Below, in pieces: positions 1-9,619 of a stretch of 64,000 bases of DNA. Where the stretch lies: positions 2,354 through 66,353 of the forward strand of contig JAGYMN010000001.1 in the NCBI GenBank assembly GCA_018400395.1. Direction: 5' to 3'. The notes beneath the pieces are model-generated. The model was not told where the DNA came from. It saw only the letters and a program-made list of their open reading frames with translations, and searched no databases. The translations under genes were made by a program, and so were the position numbers. Position 1 is the stretch's first letter. Each line of letters opens with the position of its first letter. The stretch is from Actinomycetota bacterium. GTDB taxonomy: Bacteria > Actinomycetota > Humimicrobiia > Humimicrobiales > Humimicrobiaceae.

Positions 1-1484
1 TTATCAATATATATTATCCCTTTCAATTTATAGTCAGGTCCCATTATTATTTTCTTCCTGCTTAAATCGATAGCCAGTGCAATAAATATCACTCCATTAT
101 TTGAAAGTATCTTCCTGTCCCTTAAAACCATATCTTCTATATTTCCCATACCTATACCGTCAACATAAACGTTTTTAGGCTGTATGTTACCTGATATCCT
201 GCACATATTTATATTCATCTTTACTATATCTCCATTCTGGACAATGAGTATATTATCATTTTTTATTCCCATAGACCTTGCAATTTGTGCATTCTGTATT
301 TTATGTTTGTTTTCACCGTGCACCGGTATAAAATAGGTAGGATTGGCCAGGCTTATCATCATCTTTATTTCTTCTCTGGCAGCATGGCCTGATACGTGGA
401 CGCCTGCTATGGATTCATAAAATACATCAGCCCCCTGTTTTATTAGCATATTTATTGTGTTTGATATTGCTTTTTCATTTCCGGGTATGGGAGATGCTGA
501 TATTATTACCATATCACCTTTCATAATAGTAACCCTTCGATGCTCATCCATTGCCATCTTATTCAATGCTGCAAGCGGTTCTCCCTGGGTTCCGGTTGAT
601 AGAACGACTATTTCATTAATCGGGAAATCGTCTATTCTGCTAATGGGTATTATAATATTTTCTGGTATCTTCAAATAACCCAGTTCGCCTGCTATCTTCA
701 TGCTTTTAAGCATCGATTTGCCTGAAACCGCCACTTTCTTGCCCATTTTTGCTGATACATCCAGTACCTGCTGTATCCTGTGAATATGAGATGAAAAAGT
801 AGCTACTATTATTCTTTTTTCAGCCTTTTCAAATTTATCCATAAGTGTTTTGCCAACATCCCTCTCGGGAAGCGTATATCCTTCTTCTTCAGCATTTGTG
901 CTGTCACATAATAATGCCAGCACTCCTTCTTCTCCCGCTCTTGCTATTTTATGGATCTCTGTGTGGACATTATCTATTGGATAATGATCAAATTTAAAAT
1001 CTCCTGAATGTACTATTGTCCCTATATCTGTTTTAATTATTAGTCCAACCCCATCAGGTATGCTGTGATTTACCCTGAAGAATTCTATAAAAAAACTACC
1101 TATTGATAGACCCCTCGCCGGGTCTATCTCCCTGTATTCAATTTCATCAGAGTCTGCAAGACCGTTAAGTTTTATTTTGGTAAGCCCGAGAGTAAGTTTC
1201 GTCCCATATATTGGTGCCCTGATCTTTTTAAATAAAAATGGCAGCGCTCCTATATGATCTTCGTGCCCGTGTGTTAATATTATTGCTTTAAGTTTTCCTG
1301 AATTTTTTAAAACATAAGAAAAATCAGGTATTAGAAAGTCAATCCCGGGAGTATCTTCATCCGGGAACATCAGACCACAATCTATGACAATCATCTGATT
1401 TTCCTTCTCGACAACAGTCATATTTTTTCCAATTCCGCTGACTCCTCCCAGAGGTATCAGTTTTAGACTCTTCCTTTTTGCCAT
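1..1484 (-). CDS. rnj: Ribonuclease J (metallo-beta-lactamase/beta-CASP RNase); C-terminus runs off window start
   Basis: Own translation of minus strand from ATG at 1484: MAKRKSLKLIPLGGVSGIGKNMTVVEKENQMIVIDCGLMFPDEDTPGIDF...ILTHGHEDHIGALPF... (HxHxDH MBL motif; typical RNase J N-terminus). Absent from ORF track because no stop inside window. Confidence 0.85.
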   Translation of the reverse strand, partial: MAKRKSLKLIPLGGVSGIGKNMTVVEKENQMIVIDCGLMFPDEDTPGIDFLIPDFSYVLKNSGKLKAIILTHGHEDHIGALPFLFKKIRAPIYGTKLTLGLTKIKLNGLADSDEIEYREIDPARGLSIGSFFIEFFRVNHSIPDGVGLIIKTDIGTIVHSGDFKFDHYPIDNVHTEIHKIARAGEEGVLALLCDSTNAEEEGYTLPERDVGKTLMDKFEKAEKRIIVATFSSHIHRIQQVLDVSAKMGKKVAVSGKSMLKSMKIAGELGYLKIPENIIIPISRIDDFPINEIVVLSTGTQGEPLAALNKMAMDEHRRVTIMKGDMVIISASPIPGNEKAISNTINMLIKQGADVFYESIAGVHVSGHAAREEIKMMISLANPTYFIPVHGENKHKIQNAQIARSMGIKNDNILIVQNGDIVKMNINMCRISGNIQPKNVYVDGIGMGNIEDMVLRDRKILSNNGVIFIALAIDLSRKKIIMGPDYKLKGIIYID

Positions 1485-1552
1485 ATTCTTATAGATTTTA
1501 TATTATCTATTAACTTCCCTTACATTATTTACTGATTATAAAAAATTATTTA

Positions 1553-2353
1553 TCACTTTAATTCTATTAGTTTGTCCAATCCGTATGTAAAATTTGACAG
1601 TCTGTCTATATTACTTACTGCCATAATGACTCCAGGATAAAATGATGACCTGTCAATACTGTCATGTCTTATTAAGAGAGTCTGCCCTCTTGCACCAAAT
1701 ATTACACTCTGATGTGCTACCAGGCCGGGAAGTCTTACGCTATGAATATTTATTCCTTCGTAATACCCACCCCTGCTGCCTTCGATATTTTCTTTTTCAT
1801 TACTTTTAAGCCTCTTTTTATTAAATATTATCTTTTTTGAGATAATATCCGCAGTAGCAATGGATGTGCCCGATGGAGAATCCTGCTTTTTATCATGATG
1901 CATCTCAATTATCTCGCAATTATCAAAATAACCTGCAATCATCTCTGATAATTTCATCATTATAACAGCACCAATTGCAAAATTTGGTACAATAAATACT
2001 CTGGAGTTTGATTTAGCAGCCATCTTTTCTATTCTTTTCAGAAAATCTCTCTGAAGGCCCGATGTTCCTACAATAATATCTATACTATTTTCAATTGCCC
2101 ATGTAATGGATTTTGCGGCTATATCTGCTGCAGTAAAATCTATTATTAGATCCGGGTTTTTTTTCTTAATCTCATCATAGGAATCAGTTACACTGAAATC
2201 CGTCTTTTCGATACCCAGGATTTTTCCTGCATTTAGTCCTGTACTGCGCTTATCGAATCCTGCAACAAGTTTTATATCTTCTTCCTTAACCAATTCTTTC
2301 GATATAGCTTTTCCCATTTTACCGCATATTCCAAAAATGGCTATCCTTTTCAT
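1553..2353 (-). CDS. dapB: 4-hydroxy-tetrahydrodipicolinate reductase
   Basis: 266 aa; N-terminal Rossmann motif IFGICGKMGK; EMHHDKKQDSPSGTS motif typical of DapB. Confidence 0.9.
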   Translation of the reverse strand: MKRIAIFGICGKMGKAISKELVKEEDIKLVAGFDKRSTGLNAGKILGIEKTDFSVTDSYDEIKKKNPDLIIDFTAADIAAKSITWAIENSIDIIVGTSGLQRDFLKRIEKMAAKSNSRVFIVPNFAIGAVIMMKLSEMIAGYFDNCEIIEMHHDKKQDSPSGTSIATADIISKKIIFNKKRLKSNEKENIEGSRGGYYEGINIHSVRLPGLVAHQSVIFGARGQTLLIRHDSIDRSSFYPGVIMAVSNIDRLSNFTYGLDKLIELK

Positions 2354-3657
2354 ATTTTTAAGCCTTTCATATTTTTACCAATCATAACTGTATTGAAATT
2401 ATCGGGTAAGAAATATTTTTCAACAACCCTGTTTATGTCAGATACTTTTATCTTATCTATTTTCTTTAATATCTGGTCGATAGTCAAAACCTTTTTATCG
2501 AATAACAAAGACTTCCCGAGCCTGAACATTCTGGAGCTTATATCTTCAACTCCAAGGACTATGTTCCCTTTAATATTTTCCCTTGCTATTTCCATTTCTT
2601 CACTGGATATACCCTTTTTCCTTATATTCTCTATTTCTTCATTTATTAACATAAGAATCTTATTCATATTTCCTGCTGAGGAGGCAGAATAAATAAATAA
2701 GAGACCGGTATCACTGTAATTTACATTATTTGCTGATATGTTATACGCCAGCCCTTCTTCTTCCCGTATTTTCTGAAAAAGCCGGCTGCTCATACTGCCT
2801 CCTAAAAGACTTACGAATAAAGTAAGCGGATAACGGTCGCTATTGCTTCTTCCACATCCCGGACCTCCTATACACATATGCACTGCCTTGCTCTTCCCGT
2901 AATGAATCTTCCTGCTTCCAACGGTCCTTGAAGGCCATTTTATTTCAACCGATTCAATGCCATGACTGTGATATTTTGATTTATCAGAGGCCTCTTTTAC
3001 CATTTTAACAAGGCTGTTATGTTCTACATTCCCTGCTGCAGAAATTACCATGTCATTTAAACCAAATTTTTTAGAAAAATAGGAACTTACTTCTTTTTTA
3101 TTTATTTTTCTCAGAGTTTTTTTTGAACCCATTATAGGCAGTGATAATGAATGCCCATTGAATACCTCAGAAAAAAAATGGTTTAATAGTATTTCCGATG
3201 GGCTATCTTCCATCATTTTTATTTCTTCAGTTATTACTCTTTTTTCAGTTTCAATATGTTCGGAAAAAAAAGATGGATTACATATGATATCAAGAAGGAG
3301 ATCCATGCATCCGGTTAGATTTTCGTCTATAAAATCTGCATATACACAGCAGTATTCTTTATCAGTAAAAGCATTAAATTCAGCACCCATGGCATCAAAT
3401 TCAACAGCAATATCTTTATAACTTCTGTTATTTGTGCCTTTGAATATTAAATGTTCAATCAGATGTGTTATTCCGTTATTTTTACTGTTTTCATCTCTGG
3501 AGCCGGCTTGTACCCAGAAACCAAGCGATATTGATCTAAAATACGGAATGCTTTCACTAATTATCCTTATTCCGTTACTCAGCTCGGTAATCTTATAATT
3601 ATCAAAACTACTGCTTCTTTTTATTGCTATCTTGCTATCAACTCCAAACTGCTTTAT
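2350..3657 (-). CDS. M16 family (insulinase/pitrilysin-like) zinc peptidase; start codon non-canonical/uncertain
   Basis: ORF track gives 2350..3390 (346 aa) from first ATG, but in-frame upstream sequence with no stop encodes NYKITELSNGIRI...GSRDENSKNNGITHLIEHLIFKGT (HxxEH zinc-binding inverted zincin motif). No ATG/GTG/TTG in that stretch; candidate ATA start at 3655-3657. Synteny pnp-M16 peptidase as in Bacillus (pnpA-ylxY-mlpA). Confidence 0.7.
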   Translation of the reverse strand: MKQFGVDSKIAIKRSSSFDNYKITELSNGIRIISESIPYFRSISLGFWVQAGSRDENSKNNGITHLIEHLIFKGTNNRSYKDIAVEFDAMGAEFNAFTDKEYCCVYADFIDENLTGCMDLLLDIICNPSFFSEHIETEKRVITEEIKMMEDSPSEILLNHFFSEVFNGHSLSLPIMGSKKTLRKINKKEVSSYFSKKFGLNDMVISAAGNVEHNSLVKMVKEASDKSKYHSHGIESVEIKWPSRTVGSRKIHYGKSKAVHMCIGGPGCGRSNSDRYPLTLFVSLLGGSMSSRLFQKIREEEGLAYNISANNVNYSDTGLLFIYSASSAGNMNKILMLINEEIENIRKKGISSEEMEIARENIKGNIVLGVEDISSRMFRLGKSLLFDKKVLTIDQILKKIDKIKVSDINRVVEKYFLPDNFNTVMIGKNMKGLKI

Positions 3658-3658
3658 A

Positions 3659-5803
3659 TTACTGGATGTCGGTTCTCTCCAGGCTTATCTTCCTGCTCCT
3701 GGGATCTATGTTTGCTACTCTTACAGAAATCCTGTCCCCCATTTTCAGATAATCCTCAACGCTATTAATCCTTGTTTTTGCAACTTTTGATATATGAAGC
3801 AGTCCATCTGTTCCGGGTATAAGATTTATAAAAGCACCGTAGGATGTTATACCTACTACCGTTCCCAAAAATTCTTCGCCCACCTTTATATCTTCAGGAG
3901 ATTTTATCATGTTTTCTATTTTTTTCCTTGCCATCTTTATAGCTTCGTCATCAGGAGATGTAATTGATATCATGCCTTCACCATTAAAATCCGTAACATC
4001 AATTTCATCAAGATCGAATTCTTCTTTCAAACCTTTTATATTTTTCCCGCCCGGGCCTATAATATCACCAATCTTATCCTTTGGAATCTTAAAGGTAGTA
4101 ATTTTAGGTGCTGCCTGCGAGAGTGAAGGTCTTGGTTCCGATATTGTCTCAAGCATCCTGTTAAGTATGAAGATTCTCCCTTCCCTGGCTTTTTCCAGGG
4201 CTTTTTTCATTATATCAAGGTTTATTCCTTTTATTTTTATATCCATCTGAAGTGCTGTAATACCCTTTGAAGTACCTGCTACCTTAAAATCCATATCTCC
4301 ATAAGAATCTTCAATTCCCTGAATATCTGTTAGTATTTCAAATTTATCTTCCTCTTTTATAAGCCCCATTGCAATACCTGAAACAGGACTCCTAAGAGGC
4401 ACTCCTGCATCCATTAAAGCAAGCGTGCTGCCGCAAACACTGGCCATTGATGTTGAACCGTTTGAACTTAATATCTCTGATACCATTCTTAATGCATATG
4501 GAAAATCTTCTTCATCAGGAATCATCGGCTTAAGTGCTTTTTCGGCCAGTGAACCGTGCCCTATTTCCCTCCTCTTTGGTCCCCTCAGAGGCCAGGTCTC
4601 CCCTGTACTGAATGGAGGGAAGTTGTAATGGTGCATATATCTTTTAAATTCATCTCCGCCAAGACTGTCAAGCCTCTGAACTTCTCTTATGGAACCAAGA
4701 GCAAGAATTGTCAGGGCCTGGGTTTTGCCTCTTGTAAAAAGACCTGTCCCATGAGTAGTCTCAGGGAAAAGGCCTACTTCGCAGGATATCTTTCTTATTT
4801 CCGAAGTTTTCCTTCCATCAGGTCTTATTCCCTTCTTAAGTATCATATCCCTTACAAGTTCTTTTTCAATGATATCAAAACTTATATTTATGCTCTCTCT
4901 TTCATCAGGAAATTCCTTTAACAGCTCTTCCAGTATATCTTCTTTTATCTGCAATGTTCTTTCCTTCAGAAAATCACCCATATCTTCCTGTATGATGTTT
5001 GATTTTCCGGGATCCTTCGATAATTCTTCAACCTCGGCAAGCACTTTCTTCATCCTGTCCAGTGTCAGTACTTCTGTTTTCTTTTTTACCTCTTCATTAA
5101 CCTCAAAACGGAATACCTCGGATTTTTCTTTTCCAACTTCTTTCTTAAATTCTTTCTGGAGTTCCGCAATCCTCTTTATTTCAATATGTGCTTTTTCTAT
5201 TGCTTCAATAACTAATTCCTCAGAAGCTTCTTTACCGGAAGCTTCCACCATCAATATCGCATTATCAGTACCAGCAACTACTATATCCAGTATACTTTTT
5301 TTTAGCTCTTCATATGTAGGATTTACAATCCATTCCCCGTTAATATTCCCCATCCTTACTGCACCTACAGGTTCTTCAAAAGGTATATCTGATATATACA
5401 GCGACATTGAAGCTCCATTTAATACTGAAATATCGTAAAGATTAATCTTATCTACTGAAAGCACGGTTGCAATTATTTGAACCTCATTTCTTATATCCCT
5501 ATCAAAGAGAGGTCTCAACGGTCTGTCCGTAAGTCGCGAGATGAGAATTGCTTTGTCAGAGGCTCTTCCTTCTCTTCTAAAAAACCCGCCGGGTATCTTA
5601 CCGGCTGCATACATTCTTTCCTCTACGTCTACCGTAAGCGGAAAGAAATCAAGGTTTTCTGATGGTTCACGGCTCATTACTGCTGTTACGAGCACACCAT
5701 TGCCTGCATATTTGACAAGAACAGAATTTGCCCTGTTTGCCATTTTACCGGTGGAAAATTCCATATCCTTTCCACCTAAATTTATTTTACATTTAGCTTC
5801 CAT
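3659..5803 (-). CDS. pnp: Polyribonucleotide nucleotidyltransferase (PNPase)
   Basis: 714 aa; two RNase PH domains, KH and S1 C-terminus (…GEEFLGTVVGITSYGAFINL…); preceded by rpsO as in canonical rpsO-pnp operon; SD AAGGAG upstream. Confidence 0.95.
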   Translation of the reverse strand: MEAKCKINLGGKDMEFSTGKMANRANSVLVKYAGNGVLVTAVMSREPSENLDFFPLTVDVEERMYAAGKIPGGFFRREGRASDKAILISRLTDRPLRPLFDRDIRNEVQIIATVLSVDKINLYDISVLNGASMSLYISDIPFEEPVGAVRMGNINGEWIVNPTYEELKKSILDIVVAGTDNAILMVEASGKEASEELVIEAIEKAHIEIKRIAELQKEFKKEVGKEKSEVFRFEVNEEVKKKTEVLTLDRMKKVLAEVEELSKDPGKSNIIQEDMGDFLKERTLQIKEDILEELLKEFPDERESINISFDIIEKELVRDMILKKGIRPDGRKTSEIRKISCEVGLFPETTHGTGLFTRGKTQALTILALGSIREVQRLDSLGGDEFKRYMHHYNFPPFSTGETWPLRGPKRREIGHGSLAEKALKPMIPDEEDFPYALRMVSEILSSNGSTSMASVCGSTLALMDAGVPLRSPVSGIAMGLIKEEDKFEILTDIQGIEDSYGDMDFKVAGTSKGITALQMDIKIKGINLDIMKKALEKAREGRIFILNRMLETISEPRPSLSQAAPKITTFKIPKDKIGDIIGPGGKNIKGLKEEFDLDEIDVTDFNGEGMISITSPDDEAIKMARKKIENMIKSPEDIKVGEEFLGTVVGITSYGAFINLIPGTDGLLHISKVAKTRINSVEDYLKMGDRISVRVANIDPRSRKISLERTDIQ

Positions 5804-5873
5804 ATTACAACATCAAACTCCTTAAATCTTAAATATAAATGAATTGAAAAAATGAAGCCGGAATGAAGAGTGG

Positions 5874-6155
5874 TTATTTCCTTAATCCCAGTTCCTTGAT
5901 AAGCTTTTTATATTTTGAAATCTCACGATTTTTCAAATACTGAAGAAGCCTCTTTCTCTTCCCTACCATCATTACCAGACCCCTTCTTGAATGATTATCT
6001 TTCTTATTAGCCTTCAGATGCTCATTGAGTTTATTTATCCTGCTGGTCAGTATTGCAATCTGGACTTCCGTAGAGCCTGTATCCATTTCATGCGTTTTAA
6101 AATTTTCTATAATCTTCTGTTTTTCTTCTTTTACTAGTGTCAATCCGATATTCAC
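5874..6155 (-). CDS. rpsO: 30S ribosomal protein S15
   Basis: 93 aa; [17 protein letters not shown]…HSRRGL motif; GTG/TTG start adjacent to AGGAGG. Confidence 0.95.
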   Translation of the reverse strand: MNIGLTLVKEEKQKIIENFKTHEMDTGSTEVQIAILTSRINKLNEHLKANKKDNHSRRGLVMMVGKRKRLLQYLKNREISKYKKLIKELGLRK

Positions 6156-6246
6156 CTCCTTGAATAATCCGTCCTATAATTTATCACAAGTACTTTATAA
6201 TTACAATTGAATCAATTCCGTTTATTTCATAATTGATTATCTTCTA

Positions 6247-7191
6247 CTATGCCCTGAAAAATATTTCTGCATCAGAAATATCCTTTTTTATCTGTTCTAC
6301 CAGCTTCGTACTGTTTTTAAATTTTACTTCTCTTCTCAACTTTTTTAGAAAAGTTACCTTTATTTCCTTATCATATAAACAGCCTTCGAAATCAAGCAGG
6401 TGGCTTTCTACTACTTTTTTCTCCCCTCCAAATGTAGGATTTTTTCCAACATTAATTAATCCTTTAAGGTTCTTAATGCCATCATCTTTAATTGATACTC
6501 TACCAAAATATACACCATCTCCTGGGACTATAAGCTTTTCGGGTAAATCAATATTTGCAGTGGGAAATCCAAGTTTCCTTCCCCTGCCCGTTCCCCTAAC
6601 AACTCTTCCTTTAACATAAGGTTCTCTTCCAAGAAGTTCATTTATCCTTTCAATATTACCTTCCTGATAATACTTCCTGATGACAGTGCTTGATATCACC
6701 TCACCCCTGCTCTTTACCAGGCTTACTTCATTTATAATAGCTCCCTGGCTGCCCATATAATCTTTTAAAAATGCCGTATCTCCTCCGGCATCCTTACCAA
6801 ATCTGAAACCCTGACCTATAAAAAGTCCTTTTATATAAAATAATCCTTTTAATATATCATCACAGAATACTTTTGGGCTAAGATTTAAAAAATCCATTCC
6901 AATTTCTGCAGTTACTATTGCTTCTATTCCCAGTTTTTTTATTATTCTTATTTTTTCCTCATAGGGAAGAATCAACTCTTTATATATTCTGCTTTTAATG
7001 ATATTTATTGGAGGTCTGTCAAATGTAAGTGCCACGCTCGTTCCTCCATTTTCCAATGCTCTTTCACAGCACATTTTTATTATTTTCTGGTGTCCCCTGT
7101 GCACTCCGTCAAAAAAGCCTATCACCATCAGTGTATGGGCATCTTTGAATTGATCTTTTTTTATATCTTTTAATTTAAAAATTCTGGCCAA
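6247..7191 (-). CDS. ribF: Bifunctional riboflavin kinase / FMN adenylyltransferase
   Basis: 314 aa; GFFDGVHRGHQ nucleotidyltransferase motif, C-terminal riboflavin kinase domain (PTAN…, GVY). Confidence 0.9.
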   Translation of the reverse strand: MARIFKLKDIKKDQFKDAHTLMVIGFFDGVHRGHQKIIKMCCERALENGGTSVALTFDRPPINIIKSRIYKELILPYEEKIRIIKKLGIEAIVTAEIGMDFLNLSPKVFCDDILKGLFYIKGLFIGQGFRFGKDAGGDTAFLKDYMGSQGAIINEVSLVKSRGEVISSTVIRKYYQEGNIERINELLGREPYVKGRVVRGTGRGRKLGFPTANIDLPEKLIVPGDGVYFGRVSIKDDGIKNLKGLINVGKNPTFGGEKKVVESHLLDFEGCLYDKEIKVTFLKKLRREVKFKNSTKLVEQIKKDISDAEIFFRA

Positions 7192-7247
7192 AAACTTCCT
7201 TTTTGGATATCTACATAAAATTTAAACTATTTGATTTTAATTAATTA

Positions 7248-8257
7248 TTAAAAAATTACAATATTTTCTGTAAAATTTTTATTAAAACTTTTAGTATCTT
7301 CGATATATAAACCTTTTTTTAATCTGTGCAGCGCAATTATATTACCTTCCAGGGATCTTATTGCTATGACCCTTCCCAGATTATCCTCCGAAACCCTGAG
7401 TTCATTTAAAAAACATGATAATTTCTTACTATCCGTATCAATAATCTCTGTCCTTAACGGGCTGCCATCTATTATTCTTTTCTCATTTTCTTTTCTTACG
7501 TAAACTGACGGGTTTTTATCAAACAGATTTCCCAAACTCATTATTCCTCTTTCATTTACAGGAACCTTATTAAGTTTGGCCATATAAATCATTTCTTTTA
7601 TGCTTCTTGCATGTTCAATTTTAAAATCTCCTATATCTGTCCTTATAAGTCCTGCAAGTGCTGCTCCTGTTCCGTATGTCTCTCCCATATCGTTCGCAAG
7701 AGACCTTATGTAGGTTCCCGCACTGCATTTTATTTTAAGAATCAATAAATTTCTTTCTATCCTCAGGATATCCATATTATAAATCTCTATTTCACGATAA
7801 TTTCTCTTTATCTCTACTCCCATTCTTGCAAATCTATACAGGGGTTTACCCCCGTGCTTGACTGATGAATACATTGGAGGTAATTGCCTTAACCTCCCTT
7901 TAAAGTCTCCCAAAATATTATTTAAAATATTTTTATTAAGTTCTTGAACTTTTTCTTTCCTTATTACTTTCCCATCAAGATCCCATGTATCTGTCTGTAT
8001 TCCGAATTTTAATAAAGCAATATATTCTTTAGGAAGCCCAATAAATTCGCTGGAAATTTTTGTACCCTTATTTATAAGAAGGATCATCAGACCAGAAGCT
8101 GCAGGGTCAAGAGTACCGGTGTGTCCAATTTTTTCTAAAAAAAAACTTTCCTTATTCCTCTTATTACATCATAGGAAGTTATGCCTGATGGTTTATATGC
8201 AAGGATTATACCATTAAAACCCTTTAATAACCCTGAACGCCCGTCTTTTCCAATCAT
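7248..8257 (-). CDS. truB: tRNA pseudouridine(55) synthase TruB, interrupted by a -1 homopolymer frameshift
   Basis: ORF track 7248..8087 lacks N-terminus. Own translation: ATG at 8257 gives MIGKDGRSGLLKGFNGIILAYKPSGITSYDVIRGIRKVFF* (stop 8135); next frame continues LEKIGHTGTLDPAASGLMILLINKG… (catalytic Asp motif GHTGTLDP). Frames join if the A9 run at 8137-8145 (T9 on coding strand) were 10 nt. ATGA overlap with nrnA stop. Confidence 0.85.
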
Positions 8258-9288
8258 ACCGTTCCGTTCCCTATAGCCTCTTTCATCCTTTCAATCACTT
8301 CATTAAGGCTGCCGTCATCCTTATATGCAGAAGCACTGCGGTGCCCTCCGCCACCAAAAATTGAAGCTATTCTTGACAGGTCTATATTACTGTCAGACGT
8401 CCTGAGGCTTACCTTGAATGAATTAACATCTATCTGTTTTATAAGAACAGTTATTTTTGCGCCTTCGGCACTTCTTAAAAGCTCTATTATACCGTCCTGC
8501 GCATAAAAAGGAATTTTTAATCTGGTAAAATCTTCTTTTAATATATAAGAATAAATAAGGCTAAGAGATTTTACGTATTCTATTCTGCTGAAAACCTTCT
8601 GTATAAGCTTGAACCTTCCAAGGGGGTCACTTTCATATATATAACCATAAACATCAGAGGGTTTGATTCCAATCTTTATTAGTTCACTCGCTATCCTGTG
8701 AACATTTGCTGTTGTACTGCTGTACTGAAATCTGCCGGTATCCGTAAGTATTCCCACATAAATACCTATGCCTATATCATAATTTAATTTCTCCCTGTAA
8801 TTTTTGTAAATGAATTCATAAAGCATTTCAGCAGTTGCAGACTTATTTCTATCAACCATATTCATATCGCCAAAGCAGCTATTACTGCTGTGATGGTCCA
8901 CATTTATTACACAGCCTGTTTTTTCCCTTAAATAATCAAAATCAATGCCTGCCCTCTCTGCTTCAGCACAATCGACCATGATACATACGGGCCTGTTTCT
9001 TAAAAGAACTTCTAATTCTGGATGCTTTTTAATTTTATTAAAGTCCGGTAAAAAACTATATTGATACGGAAGATCGCTATTACATATCATAGTTGTTTTT
9101 TTATTCATTGAAGAAATAAGGCTGTTCAAAGCTGTAAGCGATCCAAGGGCATCTCCATCAGGAAATATATGGGTAATTATTAAAAATTCATCATTTCTTT
9201 CTATCTGTCTGGCCATATTCCGGTATAATATATCCCGGTCTTCATTATTAACTACCACTATCTTTTCCTTCTTTGTTAATGGTCTCAA
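8254..9288 (-). CDS. nrnA: DHH/DHHA1 family phosphoesterase (NrnA-like oligoribonuclease/pAp phosphatase)
   Basis: 344 aa; HIFPDGDALGS (DHH motif I), DHH, GGGH (DHHA1). Probable true start at internal Met 9216 (MARQIE…), removing overlap with rbfA. Confidence 0.8.
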   Translation of the reverse strand: MRPLTKKEKIVVVNNEDRDILYRNMARQIERNDEFLIITHIFPDGDALGSLTALNSLISSMNKKTTMICNSDLPYQYSFLPDFNKIKKHPELEVLLRNRPVCIMVDCAEAERAGIDFDYLREKTGCVINVDHHSSNSCFGDMNMVDRNKSATAEMLYEFIYKNYREKLNYDIGIGIYVGILTDTGRFQYSSTTANVHRIASELIKIGIKPSDVYGYIYESDPLGRFKLIQKVFSRIEYVKSLSLIYSYILKEDFTRLKIPFYAQDGIIELLRSAEGAKITVLIKQIDVNSFKVSLRTSDSNIDLSRIASIFGGGGHRSASAYKDDGSLNEVIERMKEAIGNGTV

Positions 9289-9604
9289 GTATTTTAGATA
9301 TTCTCATCCCTCTGTCAATTGAATCATCATATATAAATTTTAAATCGGGTATATTTTTTAATCTGATCCTTCCAGAAATCTTTTTCTTTATAAAGCCGAC
9401 ACATCCCCTTAGGATCTCCAGACTATTTCTCCTGTCCTCTTCTTTTCCCATTATGCTTAAATATATATCAAGATATTTACAGTCTGCTGAGAGCTTTGTA
9501 CCTGTAATAGTAACAAAACCAATCCTTGGATCTTTTAATTCCGTGTTTATTATAAAGCTTATTTCTCTTTTTATATCAATTGTTAACTTCTTTAATCTAT
9601 CCAC
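9248..9604 (-). CDS. rbfA: Ribosome-binding factor A
   Basis: 118 aa; position after infB and similarity to RbfA (…RIGFVTITGTKLSADCKYLDIY…). Confidence 0.85.
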   Translation of the reverse strand: MDRLKKLTIDIKREISFIINTELKDPRIGFVTITGTKLSADCKYLDIYLSIMGKEEDRRNSLEILRGCVGFIKKKISGRIRLKNIPDLKFIYDDSIDRGMRISKILETINKEGKDSGS

Positions 9605-9619
9605 AATCTTTACAATAAA

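Noticed and set aside
4869-5438. Plus-strand ORFs of 60-190 aa inside pnp, recD2, proS, ispG, smc, acd, fakA, priA, metK, carB etc.
   Set aside because: All lie entirely within confidently called minus-strand genes, lack SD motifs and have serine/phenylalanine-rich antisense composition.
5804-5873. Expected rpsO-pnp intergenic hairpin (RNase III/terminator site as in E. coli)
   Set aside because: Only a direct repeat (TGAAG…TGAAG) and a T6 run are present; no inverted repeat I could fold by eye.
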